Part shown: positions 27,053 to 39,514 of the stretch, piece by piece
How the letters are laid out: the number at the start of each line of letters is the position of its first letter
Numbering within the stretch: position 1 is the stretch's first letter
From: Chiloscyllium plagiosum
Lineage: Eukaryota
Direction: 5' to 3'
DNA length: 57,836 nt
NCBI RefSeq assembly: GCF_004010195.1
Contig: NC_057753.1
Span: 14,052,485 to 14,110,320 of the forward strand
Made by a program: the position numbers and the translations under genes
The notes under the pieces: model-generated
What the model was told of the DNA's origin: nothing
Database searches by the model: none
Seen by the model: only the letters and a program-made list of their open reading frames with translations

Positions 27053-27265
27053 ATCCGAAGTCACGTGACGAGAGCTTACAGTCTAATGAGTGTATTTGAA
27101 ATCACAAGCTATCGGAGCTCTGCTCCTTCATCAGGTGTTATGACTTCACCTGATAGAGGACCAGTGCTCAGAAAGTTTGTGATTTAAATAAGCCTGTTAG
27201 ACTATAATCTCGTGCTGTGAGATTTCTGATTTTGTCCACACCAGTCCAAAACCAGGACCTCCATA
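27053..27265. repeat. Short palindromic interspersed repeat (probably Penelope-terminus derived)
   Basis: Inverted arms tttgaaatcacaagct...atcaggtg / cacctgat...tttgtgatttaaa. A related half copy lies at ~32075-32190. Confidence 0.6.
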
Positions 27266-29650
27266 TTTCATTTCATCAAGACAAATTTCGTCACATGGTT
27301 CAGATGAAGACTGTCGAGAAACAGCTCTCTATTTCCATATTATTACAGAATGGGAACTGGTTTTCACCCACACCAATATTCTAAGCAGGAAATCAACACT
27401 ACAATATCATTTACCCAGTAACAATTTGCAGTTGGCTCGGGAAGGGAAACTAATGTCTTTACCTTTCCTCATATTAATTCAACACAGAACTACAACGCCT
27501 CAGCGCAACCTCTTCCACTTTCCTATGTCATTGGTACCTCATGGATAATGACGACTGGACTCTACTCTCCCATTCCAAGTTAAAGTCTCTCCTAGAAGAG
27601 AAATATTGACTTTTGGAACCAGGTAGGTAATACAGATTTAAGATCATTCAATCTTTGCTACTGGAAACTGCATGGATTTCCCAAACAATGTTGTCGCCAT
27701 TTAGTACGATATTTGTCCTTCCACACTTCACTTGAATGACCCTCCGAGCCAAGGTGCCTTTGGCAGTTCGTTCATGCTCCCCGCACTCTGTGGTCTCGTC
27801 CATACTGTGAGCAAAATCCATTATTTCCAGGATAAGGTACTGCTGATGCTCCTGTAAAGCTGAATTCTGCAACTTCGCTGCTGCTTCATTTGCAGTCACA
27901 CCCTCCCTTGTCTGAGCGTGATTGATTGCGAAACATTATTAAAGTATCTCCCTCCCTAATGTAGTGCAGTGTGTACAGCTCAGACTCCAACTAATCAAAT
28001 CCGATCCGAAAATTTTCAGTCAGCTAACATTTGCTGTGCTGGTGTCCAGCAACTCTCATATGGTGTCGCGGCAGAATATGACTTGCTCACGGATATTTTT
28101 CATTTCATTAAATTGGATTTTAAATAATTTAATGGTGAATGTCTTAATTGTATTCTTCAGATATATTAATGTCTCGTGATTTAAACCAATTGGTCAATCG
28201 AAAGGTAACGAAGAAATGTCGAGCAATCACCTAACAAGTTGTCACATTGTGGTTCTTTCAGGAATTTACAAATTGGAATGACTTTCTGCCGCTGCCATTT
28301 TTTTCTCTCCAGGGTTCACTGTCCTCTACACTCGGGTTAACTTGGTCTTTTATAATGTTGCTGACCTGCTTTCAGGTAGATTGAGAAGCAGTTCACATTG
28401 CTCTCTCTCTCTCTCCTGATTTTATGAAGCTGCTATATCCATTAATCCATTTTGCCTTTTAGACTTGATCTAAAAATGAACATTTTGTGAACCATGTCTG
28501 GTAAACTCTTTGCAGTAGCTGATTAAAGAGAGGAATTCCAACTGCACAAGTAGAAACTAAGCAATGCCAAGAAACATTGACCTTGTCAGAGGCAGTCACA
28601 ATCTACTGACATTCCAACCAATACTTTCCAAAAGAACAATTCAAGATCAAATCGTAACTGCACAGGATGAAATAGACAATAACTGTAAAAAACACTTTCC
28701 TCTCAATGTACCTCCTTCGAACATTTCCATATTTAATTGTCAATATCATATTAACAAAGGAGACTGCCCAGTAAGAGTTCACGAGACTGTAACGGATACA
28801 TCCTTCCAGAGATCGCATTGTAACTATGCAGAATTGCTATGTGCATTCCATACCAAAGCGCAAGTATTATAAGGATGACTTTGTGTATTATTTTGTTCTT
28901 CAATATCATTACGAAATAAAAATGCCGTTTATTGCTCAGTGGAACACAATTGTGTGAAACACACTGGATGACAATTAAGTATATTATAACGACACTGAGT
29001 GCTGAGCAGTAAAGTAAATTAATGTTCCTATACTGACATGCATTTCATTGCATAATGGCTGCAGCCATTAAGAAGGACATTCTGCCCATTACGTTCAGAC
29101 TGGCTATTGAAATGATTATCCCACTCAATGGAATCACCCTACCAAAACACTAAACACATAACATTGTTAATTTTGATGTGAACGCCAAGTTCCCTTATGA
29201 AAGCCTTGTTTGAAAATTCTTTTTACCATACAGTCAAGAATGAAAATACAGACTGACTCATTTCCTGAATGTAGAGTCTATTCTTAATATTATGTTTACT
29301 CTTTTAGCGAAGTCTTTTTATGTTTTTTTTTTATTTTATGGTGCCCAGATCTCTATCATTTTATGAGAAGTGACATACTTCAGCTATCTAAGAAACGATA
29401 ATCCAATAAATGTGTGGCATTATAAATGGAGCAATGTCCTTTGTTACCCCTAAAGTAATTCCAAGGAATGCGCGAAATTGATCATAGCATGATATTGCAT
29501 TCAGTATCACATTACTTTAAAGCACTATTCCAACTGTATTTATTTACGTCCCGATCATCCTGATTTTTTTTAAATCCTGATCAGGAAATGGAAGAGATAA
29601 AACCCCTGGAATTTAGCGACTTCATACACTGTAGAGCATTTGTTTCTTAC

Positions 29651-29720
29651 CAGGGGCACCAATAGCGGCGAGAATGGGATAACAAATGGCAAAGACCGGT
29701 CCGTTCGCGGGCGCGTGCAT
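29651..29720 (-). CDS. GPR139/GPR142-like class A GPCR, paralog A, coding exon 1 (MHAPANGPVFAICYPILAAIGAP)
   Basis: ATG at 29720. 70 nt (23 codons + 1 nt) ending at donor G|gtaaga. Same length, phase and similar peptide as the first exons of B and C. Not in the ORF track. Confidence 0.9.
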
Positions 29721-29796
29721 CCTTTTTGAAAAAAAAACAATGGATATTCCCGAAGTTTTAGGCCGTTGCTTTGTGACACGTTGAAATCATCCAATA

Positions 29797-29834
29797 TTTA
29801 TTTAAAGCGAGAGTCTCCAGAGGAGTAATTAATT
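29797..29834 (-). promoter_or_regulatory. Candidate core promoter of paralog A: homeodomain + O/E(EBF)-like motif and TATA-like AATAAA
   Basis: Sense strand AATTAATTACTCCTCTGGAGAC at 29834-29813 and AATAAA at 29802-29797. Positionally conserved in B and C. Confidence 0.6.
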
Positions 29835-30759
29835 TGAAACCTGCACCTTACAACTCAGTGAACAAATAGATTAACTTATTTCCCATTAAATCATTGACAT
29901 TACGATTGTATTTATGCGAGAATCGATAGATACAAATTGTGTGCTTCTCCCCATGTCAGAAACTATATTTTTAAATTTTCATCACTGTAAGCGTAAATGG
30001 CAGATTTGAGTTGAAGTCTCATCTCAACCTTCAATCTGTATCTCTCATCTCTTCAAACTTCCAAAATATTTCCTTCTTTCAGCTGACAGATCGGTTCATG
30101 CATTATCCTCATGACTCACTGATTTTGAATTCAGCAATTCAATCTGACCGAAATCTTAAAATGATTCAATGTCTGAAACATTTGAAATCATGTTTTGGGT
30201 AATAGGGTGGAGTGAAGTAACAACAGAAACATGCCTTGGAAAATTAGCATCAAGGTGACTGGCAGTGGTGAAATCCAAATTGCAAATTGCAAAAGTAAAT
30301 GTTTTGTATAATAGCTGATATAACAGAGTCATGTATCATGTCATTTAAAAAGAATTATGGTCTCAGTCTGAAACAATTTGCACATGGTTTCGTGAAATAA
30401 AAGGACAAGCATATCGTCTTCTGGAATGAAAGGAGCGTTTAATGTGATCAGGCTGCAATATCAGTGAACTAATGGCATGACAAATGTGATAGAAACTGTA
30501 TAGTACAGAAAAATGAGATGATTACTTAATGTAGTTAGAAATTACCAATGAGAAAAGTTTTTAAAAAGGATTTATGTAACACAGTGCAGTCTTGCAATAA
30601 CTGTGCAAGTGCTAAACGGTAGCATAAATCAATGGTGCAAGTTAATCTGAACCGAAACAGAATTTAGTCATACTATCTCGCAGTGCATGGTCTAATGTTA
30701 TATGCACAGCATCAAAGATAAAAGACAGCATAACCAATTGACCGGTTTATTTTCACATA

Positions 30760-31560
30760 AACTGCTGTCGTCCTGGTGAAGGTGGTGGTTGGCAGTAGGA
30801 ACTGATGTAGAGTGCCGAAGCGTTCATTGTGATGAGGAATATTCCAGCTTCGACTGCTCCGTGGGGACTGAGTTTCTGCAATAGGTCTGTAGTGTCCCGA
30901 AGGAAACTGGGGGTTCCTCTTATAATGGGTTAAAAGATGGCCTCGATGTTGCCAGAGAAGCTGTCACGCAGGTCTTCGGGCTGATACGATAACATGTCCA
31001 GGTGTGTTGGCTTTGTGTATCTGGAGAAAGCAGTTGTATTCTTCTATACGAAATATACGCGGGATGAGAGTGACTAGGACAATGTGAAAATCTGGATCTA
31101 AGATGTTGATTAGTCTGTTGAGTCGACAGATATGTTCATTGGTCAAATAATTAGGTCTTTGTTATAGATATTGGCATCAAACGTGGGAACACCACCCACG
31201 ACCTTGTCGGCAGATACTCTTGTAACAAGGCCACTGTCCTCCACTTCATACCGTGTCGGCAATGATGCCACGAGACATGGTAGATTGGCAAGACCATGCA
31301 GATGCAACGACTATGGATGAATTGATACCACATAACAATTGGCAGAAGCTAGACCGCCTCCCCACACATTCTGGAGCAATTCAGTCGTCATGGACATTTA
31401 GCCTTCAATCTTTGTGAGAGCGTCCTTGCAATGCAGAACAACCATGCAGAAACTGACAGATCCATACTTATTAACAGAGCCTCAACTGTGGCCTTGGGTA
31501 CATGCCGTACTACATGTAACCCAACCATCCACTTCTCTATCTATAATTTTTTTACTGTTC
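30760..31560 (-). mobile_element. Decayed Penelope-like RT fragment
   Basis: Minus-strand peptides LQIHKANTPGHVIVS and GTPSFLRDTTDLLQKL...ITMNASALY. Confidence 0.75.
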
Positions 31561-33589
31561 TGTTTGGACACAATAAACGTAATAACTTGTTACAAACTCT
31601 CTATTTTAACTAGTTTATACAATTTTGAATCTCTGGTTAAGTTGGTTCAATTATCAATATTCGACTCTTGTACATACAATGTTATTTCAGACATTCAGTT
31701 TGTCTCCAGAACTACCTCATTTTTATGGTTTTTAAAAATTATCTCTTTGCCTCAATTAAAAGGATTATTGATCCTCCCTTCAATTGTTCAACTGTTGACA
31801 CTTGATATGCATCCTGATGAAGGGCTTTTGCTCGAAACGTCGATTTTCCTGCTACTCGGATGCTGCCTGATCTGCTGTGCATTTCCAGCACCACTCCAAT
31901 CTTGACTCTTATCTCCAGCATCTTAGTACCCACTTTTGCCTACATTTTACACGTCATCTGATGTTTTTCATCACCAGGAGGACTTACTTTTCAGTTTTTC
32001 GACTCCTGACTTGCAACATATGTATACTCTTTTAATCTTTCTGCCATTAATTCTGTGCCCCGTGTGCTTCTCTTCACTTCACCTGATGAAGGACTAGCGC
32101 TGCTAAAACGTGTGATTTCAAATAAATTTCCAAAACTATAACCTCCAGTCATGTATCCTCTGACCTTATCCAACCCATTTGTTCACCAACACCTTTATTT
32201 CAGTGATGAAGACGGAACTCAAAACACCACTTTGTTATCTTCCCCACCTGTGTGTGTGAGAGAGACAGCGTGTGAGAAAGAGAATATATATGTGAGAGTG
32301 AGACAGACAGAGAAAGACATCACATGTTGTCTTTATGTGTGTGTGAGAGTTACAGAACGTGTGTTTGAGAGACAAGGACGTGGAGAGAGAGATAAATCCC
32401 GCCTTATCTCGACCTAAAATGAGGCAACCATAATCTTAAACCGTGTCAGATAATTTAAGGCTCTTCCTTCAAAGTCCAAAAGTTACCAACACATTCAAAT
32501 TCTCGTAATAATATGAATATATTCATTTTGGAAGATGCTTTGGTGAAGTTTGATGTTTTGCACACAGAAATCAAAGGTCTCAGCCAGAGCATATCATTGC
32601 AGAATTCTTCGTGGTAGATTTCTCAAGCTAACCCTTCATCAAAATCATCAATGGCCTTTCCTCCATCATAATGTCAGATGCAGAAATTCACTCATCATTG
32701 CGCAATGTTTGCCTCACATGAATCTTTAGGGACTGAAGCAATCTGAGCTTAAATGTAGCAATAGCACATCGCACTCAGGTTTGGCTGGAGCTGGAACAGG
32801 TACCATTCATGCAATGAAATATCTGGAAATGGAAATCTCGAATGAGAAATAATCAAATCATCACTGCGGGACATTACTGGATTGCACATGCTAAATTACT
32901 CATAGTGTTCAGTGATGTGCATGTTGGATATGTTTTCCGTGTGAAATGCAGGAGTACATGGATAGGGTAAGGGGATGGATCGGGGTTGGTTGCTGTTCGG
33001 AGTTATGTGTGGTTTCGTTAGGATCACTGACTAACTTTCACAGTAAAGGGATTTTATTAACAGTGACTTTCTAAATTGGGCATACGTTTACTGTGGAATT
33101 CGTGGGGAAAATACATAGGCCCCCTCCAGTTCCTTAAAATATGCTAACGATCTAGAACTTGGTGCACAAGGAAACATTTCCAAAGATACAGACAACAAAA
33201 AAATGAGAGCATTGTTCACTAAAATGCGACATTGTAAAGACACCGACAGAAAGCAAGCTGGTGGAATGAACCGCTAGGTGGCAGATGATGTTCGATGTGG
33301 AGATGATACTACTGAGCATCCTTACAGAACTTCTGCAGTCCACATGTTGGAAATCAAGCGCGTTTCGTCGCCTGAGATGGTTCTACTGAGCATCCCCCTT
33401 AAACTTCCACAGCCCACCTTTTGTAAATTAACCTGGTTGCAGCACCTGAGAGGTTTGCTAGCCCTGTATTTACCAACAAATTGGAGATTATTCTATTGCA
33501 CTCTCGACGAATGCGACGTGAATGTCAGGCAGGAGATAGGAAATTCGGAGAAGAATTCTTTGCCGCTATATTTCTATATTCTGACCTGC

Positions 33590-34099
33590 TCCTGTACTCA
33601 CTTCTTCAGTTGCGGGTATCATTTGAGTTTTGGGTGAAATATCACCACTGGGATGTTGTTGTGGGGAATTCAATAACAGCAAAATAATTGAATGTCAAGT
33701 TGAAGTGGTAAGATTGTGATTCAATGGAGATGACTATTGCCTGCATTTGTGTGTAGTGAATGTTACGTTCCCCTTGTCAGTCCCAGCCTGTGAATACTTT
33801 CTTGAATGTAATGCTTCAGGATGTAAGGATACTGCTTCAGTATCGAAATATGCTGCATATTCTGAATATTAAGCAATCATTGTCGACCATCTTCACTTAT
33901 GAATTTATGATGGATGGAAGGGCATTCATACAGTAACGAAGATGGTTGTGCCGAGGACATTAACCAAAGGTATTCCTGCAGAAATGTCCTCGATCTGAGA
34001 TGAGTGATCTCTAACACCTACAACCATCTTGCAATGTGTCAGGCATAATTGTAAAAAACCGACAGTTTACTTACGATGACCACTGATTTCAGTTTTGCT
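33590..34099 (-). mobile_element. Decayed CR1/L2-group LINE fragment
   Basis: Similar by eye to the old LINE at 250-1150. Confidence 0.45.
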
Positions 34100-34811
34100 T
34101 GTTACGACACTGGTAACCCCCTCCTCCCACTGCTTAATTTAAACCAGCAACACATAAAACATTTATCGCGTGCAGTAATCTGTGAAAATTCGAGAGGCCA
34201 AGAAGTATTTAAGGTAAAAATTAAAAACTTTATTTCTTAAAGTATAACAGAGAATAACTAACAGCTCTTTAGAACTCCTTTATCTAACCTATTTTAAACC
34301 TTCCCCTTTTACAAAACTAGTCTGATAAAATTCTCAGTTTAAATGATCAAAAATTTAAATTTCAAAATCATTCAAATTTTCTCTTGGTATTTTCCTCTCT
34401 AAGGTATTTCTGTTTCACAGGTCACTGATTGATAAAGGTATCTTTAAGAGACTTGTTTTTCGGGCAGTGTGTATCTTTAAGAGATTTGTTTTTCCCCGGG
34501 TACAAGAGAGTGTTACAAGGGGACATAAATTTAAGGTGAAGGGTGGAAGGTATAGGGGAGATGTCAGGGGTGGGTTCTTTACCCAGAGAGTGGTGGGGGC
34601 ATGGAATGCGCTGCCCGTGGGAGTGGTAGAGTCAGAATCAGCTTTTAATATTGCTAATATACTGAATTCAAACTTGATTGGAGTTTGGAATTTGGTATTT
34701 TTGGGGGTAAAATTTAAATCGATTGGTCTAATTCGAATGTGTTTCTGGCTCCAGGCAACGGGATACGCTAGTTGCTGGACCAAAAGGTTACATTATATCT
34801 TGTTCATAACA
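34100..34811. mobile_element. Probable solo LTR with an internal CR1 fragment (34489-34642)
   Basis: Begins TGTTACG and ends CATAACA, LTR-type inverted termini like 46522-47168. No clear target-site duplication. Confidence 0.55.
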
Positions 34812-35419
34812 GTTGGTGCTGTCAAGTATTTCTGCTAACTTTTAACTTCCTTAAAGGTACAGTACACTTCTGCACCATCATAACAGTGTTATACCATTAA
34901 GGTGCATACAATAATTGTTTTAATCTGACCACATAACATGTTTTGTCATGCTACCGCGCCTGTCTCATTTGACAATGCATAAACAATGCATTGGCTTCGA
35001 CTGAACTTGGTGTCAAGTACAGCTGTCGCCAATTTCTGTATGACGATATTAGGCCCAGCTTCATTAGCTACTCGAATGCATATCTGTTCGTGTATTATGC
35101 TACCATTTGTCACTGATCGCATGTCACTATTTTCGAGCTCAGTTCTATCCACAATACAGAATGTGCCATTATATTTTCTGTGTCTGCTTTGGAAATGTTC
35201 TCAATGCTAATATCACTGGGCCCACACCTCAATAATTACTCGCGATATTTCTCAGTTTCTATTATTAAGTGGTAACTTTTAGGTTCTTCCTTCCGTGAAA
35301 ATGTTGAATTTAGTTTCAATTTCAACACCTGAGAATTAAACGAACACATAAAATGCTATGCAATCCATATTTGATGAAATATTTGCATATTTTCCATCCA
35401 CGTCATATCCAAATATGTC

Positions 35420-35860
35420 ATAAGGTCATAAAGATATACAGTATTGAATAGGAACGAACTCATCCATGCCGACCTGATGTTCTAAATTAGTCTCGTCCCA
35501 TTTGGGCAGGGTCCCTCGAAACCCTTTCTGTTCATATACTCATCAAGATACTTTTAATATATTGCAATTGCATCAAACTCGAACACTTCCTGTGGCTGTT
35601 CATTCGACACATGAAGAAGGCTTTGTGTGGATGAGTTGCCTTTCATATCTCTTTTAAATCTTTCCCCTCTCACCTTTAACCTATGGCTTCTAGTTTGAAA
35701 CAACCCTAAGCTGGGAACAAGACTCTCTCCATGCCCTCGTGATTTTATAAACTTCTGTAAGGATACCTCTTGGACTCCAATGTTACTGGTACAATATCCA
35801 CAGTCTATTCCCTATTCTGCCTCTGACTGTAGCTCAAACCCTCCAAACTAGGCAACATTC
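35420..35860 (-). mobile_element. CR1-type LINE 3' fragment
   Basis: Similarity to 2370-2850. Confidence 0.8.
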
Positions 35861-35880
35861 TTATACATTGAAACAGATCA

Positions 35881-35945
35881 TGTGTATGCGTGTGTGCGTG
35901 CATGGGTATGTGTCTGCGTGCGTGCGCACGTGTGTGTGTGTGTGT
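35881..35945. repeat. Imperfect (TG)n microsatellite
   Basis: Direct reading. Confidence 0.9.
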
Positions 35946-36235
35946 ACTTCAGATTGTATCACCAGCAAGAACAATATAATTAATATGATATCTAAAAGAG
36001 AGAAAATAATTTTGAACTGGTCAGAGATGAGAAAACACGTTTTTTTTTATTTGAGATCGACCTCAACTCATTGTCAACAGCGGAAGTGAATGTGGCTGCT
36101 GAATGTATTATCAGTTCTTCACCCACAATCAAAAACAAAGAACCACTGCATCTCCCCTTGCAATGTTAGACATTAAAGGCATGAAACTGTGAGTTAATTT
36201 GTTTGTTTGTTGAATGGATGTAAAAAATTCTGTCA

Positions 36236-36271
36236 TAATTAACCCCTCTGGAGATAATCATGCAGAATAAA
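36236..36271 (+). promoter_or_regulatory. Candidate core promoter of paralog B: homeodomain + O/E(EBF)-like motif and TATA-like AATAAA
   Basis: TAATTAACCCCTCTGGAGAT at 36236-36255 and AATAAA at 36266-36271. Confidence 0.6.
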
Positions 36272-36344
36272 TGAGAGATCTTTAGAAAGTGTCTCAGAAA
36301 CAAGCTGCACAACTTGGACAACACCATTATTTTCCAAAAAGGCG

Positions 36345-36414
36345 ATGCATGGTCCAGCAAATGGTTCTCTCTATGCTATTTACTACATACTTCTCGCTGT
36401 TATTGGTATGCCAG
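36345..36414 (+). CDS. GPR139/GPR142-like class A GPCR, paralog B, coding exon 1 (MHGPANGSLYAIYYILLAVIGMP)
   Basis: ATG at 36345. 70 nt ending at donor CCAG|gtaggg. Homologous to the first exons of A and C. Confidence 0.9.
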
Positions 36415-37773
36415 GTAGGGGATGGAATTGATTTTGATTTTTATTCGGTCAAAAGGAAAAAAAGAATCCCTTTTAGAACGCGACTTTACTTAAGGAAACC
36501 TTCAGCTCTGTCTGACCGTAAGATATTTCAGCTGATTCTGATATTTATACGAATTATATAACATGCCGTTATACTCTAGTAAATTACATTACATATACTC
36601 AAAATGAACTGTGAAGCAATGCATGATTATAATATGCTTTACCGCGCAAAATTATGGTTCAATAGTCTATTCAGTAATGGAAAGACAAAGTGCAATTTGT
36701 CCAATTGCATGACTTCATCGGTGTGAATACTGAACATTACATTCAATAATATTGCAGGAAACAGCAGTGTCTTGTTTTCATTTGTTCGTGTGTGTGGTCT
36801 GTTGAGTTATAAAGTATCCTGGTGTAAGAATCATTTTTCTTTCATTGCAATTTCAGAGACTGCATTCCAGATCAATTAATGTTTACATATAAAACACGGG
36901 CATACATTGTAAGAATCTACAGTGCGAACTCAAGAAAATATTAGTTGGAGCATATTGAATTGTGAATGAAAGGCTAATTTATAATATGATATCAAGAATC
37001 AACTATGAAAATGTTTGAGGTGCATTAAATGATCTCGCATATGTCTTGCTTTTGTGTGTAAACCTTGTGGATTTGGATTTTTTTGGACATTATTTTGGTG
37101 AAAACCGGGATTTTTTGCTGTTTCTGGAAATGTCAATATCTATTGTCCATCAATTGTTTTCATCATCAATGGAGTTGCATTACTTTCCTCAACCACGAAT
37201 TATGCCGGCCGTAGGAATATTTCGAGAGATCTGTTTTCTAAAGAAAGACAAACATGACACAAAATGACATCAAAAGAAATTGGAAAAGCACGTGAATTCA
37301 ATGATAATGGAGTTTAAGTTGAATGCAGCACCGAAAACGGCGAGAAGGAGATGGAGAATTTGAGCAACTGAGGCAGTAGTCAGTTGGTATGGGGAGAAGT
37401 GGGGGAGGGGGAATGGATTCAACGGTTTGCACCAGTTCAAAAACAACATCAGAAACATCATTGAGGCAATCATCAACATGCATGCATAAAAGGACAGCAT
37501 TGGAGGCAATTTTCGATTTCCGATAATTGGAGCTTATTCTTTGGTTGGCAAGAGCTGAGAAATAGGAGGAATTTGCAGTGAAGGCAGTGAGTATTAGAAT
37601 TGAAAATCTGGTGGGGTGGGAGAAGAAATAACTCAACCAGTGCAGTGGTAAAGCTGGTATGAAGTAAAGTTTTGTGCCTCTTGGCGCAGCAAGGGTGCCA
37701 TGGTAACAGGTTGGAGGAAGCAGTAACTGATGTTTCGAGAACCTTTGGTAATGTCTCTCTTTATCTCTCACAG

Positions 37774-38675
37774 CCAACTTCATAGCAATCATAATTCTAT
37801 CCCGAGGGCGGTGTGGACTCTCCCGGTGTATCACTTTCTATTTGGTGGCCATAGCGGTGGCTGATTTCCTTGTCATCACCACTGGTTGCTTACTCAACCG
37901 GATCCCCAGAATGTACTTCAGGTACAGTATACTGTCTACAACCCCAGCGTGCAGCCTGAGTGCCGTGCTCGTGTATGTCACACGGGATGGCTCCGTTTGG
38001 TTGACAGTGGCTTTTACCATCGACCGTTTTGTGGCCATCTGCTCCCACAGCCTGAAAACAAGATACTGCACTGACAAAACTGCTTCGCAAGTCATGGGAA
38101 TTATCTGTGCACTAAGCCTCATAAAGAATATTCCTTATTACTTCATATACCAGCCTTTATACGTTCTGGACGAGGTTTCCTGGTTCTGTGACATTAAAGC
38201 CATCTACTATTCCTCGCTAGCCTGGCAGGCCTACGATTGGTTGGACCGGATATTAACTCCTTTTTCACCCTTTCTCCTCATTCTCCTACTCAACGCCTTG
38301 ACGGTAAGACACATCCTTGCAGCCAGCCAAGCCCGCAAGAGGCTCCAACGAAGTCAGAAGGGTGAAGACCAAGAAATAGCCAACCGAAAGAAGTCTATTG
38401 TCCTACTTTTCGCCATCTCTCTCAGCTTTCTTCTTCTTTGGATTACGTATGTCATTTATTTTCTGTATGTGCGAATTAAAGGCGATGCCTATTTCAACAG
38501 TTTGAATTTTAATGACCCTCAATACATCCTTCAAGAGACTACGAAAGTGCTCCAATTACTAAGTTCTTGCAACAACGTTTTCATTTACGCTGTGTCTCAG
38601 TCCAAGTTCAGAGAGCAGATGAAGAATGTGCTAATGTGTCCCTTCACCATTGCAAGTCGTTTCTTCAGTACATAA
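37774..38675 (+). CDS. GPR139/GPR142-like class A GPCR, paralog B, coding exon 2 (spliced product 323 aa)
   Basis: Acceptor ctctctttatctctcacag|CC AAC TTC gives ANFIAIIILSRGRCGLSRC, in frame with ORF 37842..38675. 902 nt with DRF and NNVFIY motifs. Intron 36415-37773. Confidence 0.95.
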
Positions 38676-38819
38676 AAAAACCCTCATTTTTCTTGCATTA
38701 AAATTGCCCCGTGTGCCACTCTCTTTTTCTCTCACCGGAATGAGGAAGTTCTGCATTTAAGATCCTGACGTTGTCAGAAATAGAAGGCTAATTGTGTTAA
38801 TTCCCGGAGATGGGGTATT

Positions 38820-39514
<695 letters not shown>

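Noticed and set aside
31414..31905. 163-aa hydrophobic ORF
   Set aside because: Spans a Penelope remnant, AT-rich filler and a short interspersed repeat; no GPCR or other motifs.
37298..37834. 178-aa minus-strand ORF
   Set aside because: Antisense to the intron and exon 2 of paralog B, with no recognisable domain; probably decayed repeat sequence.
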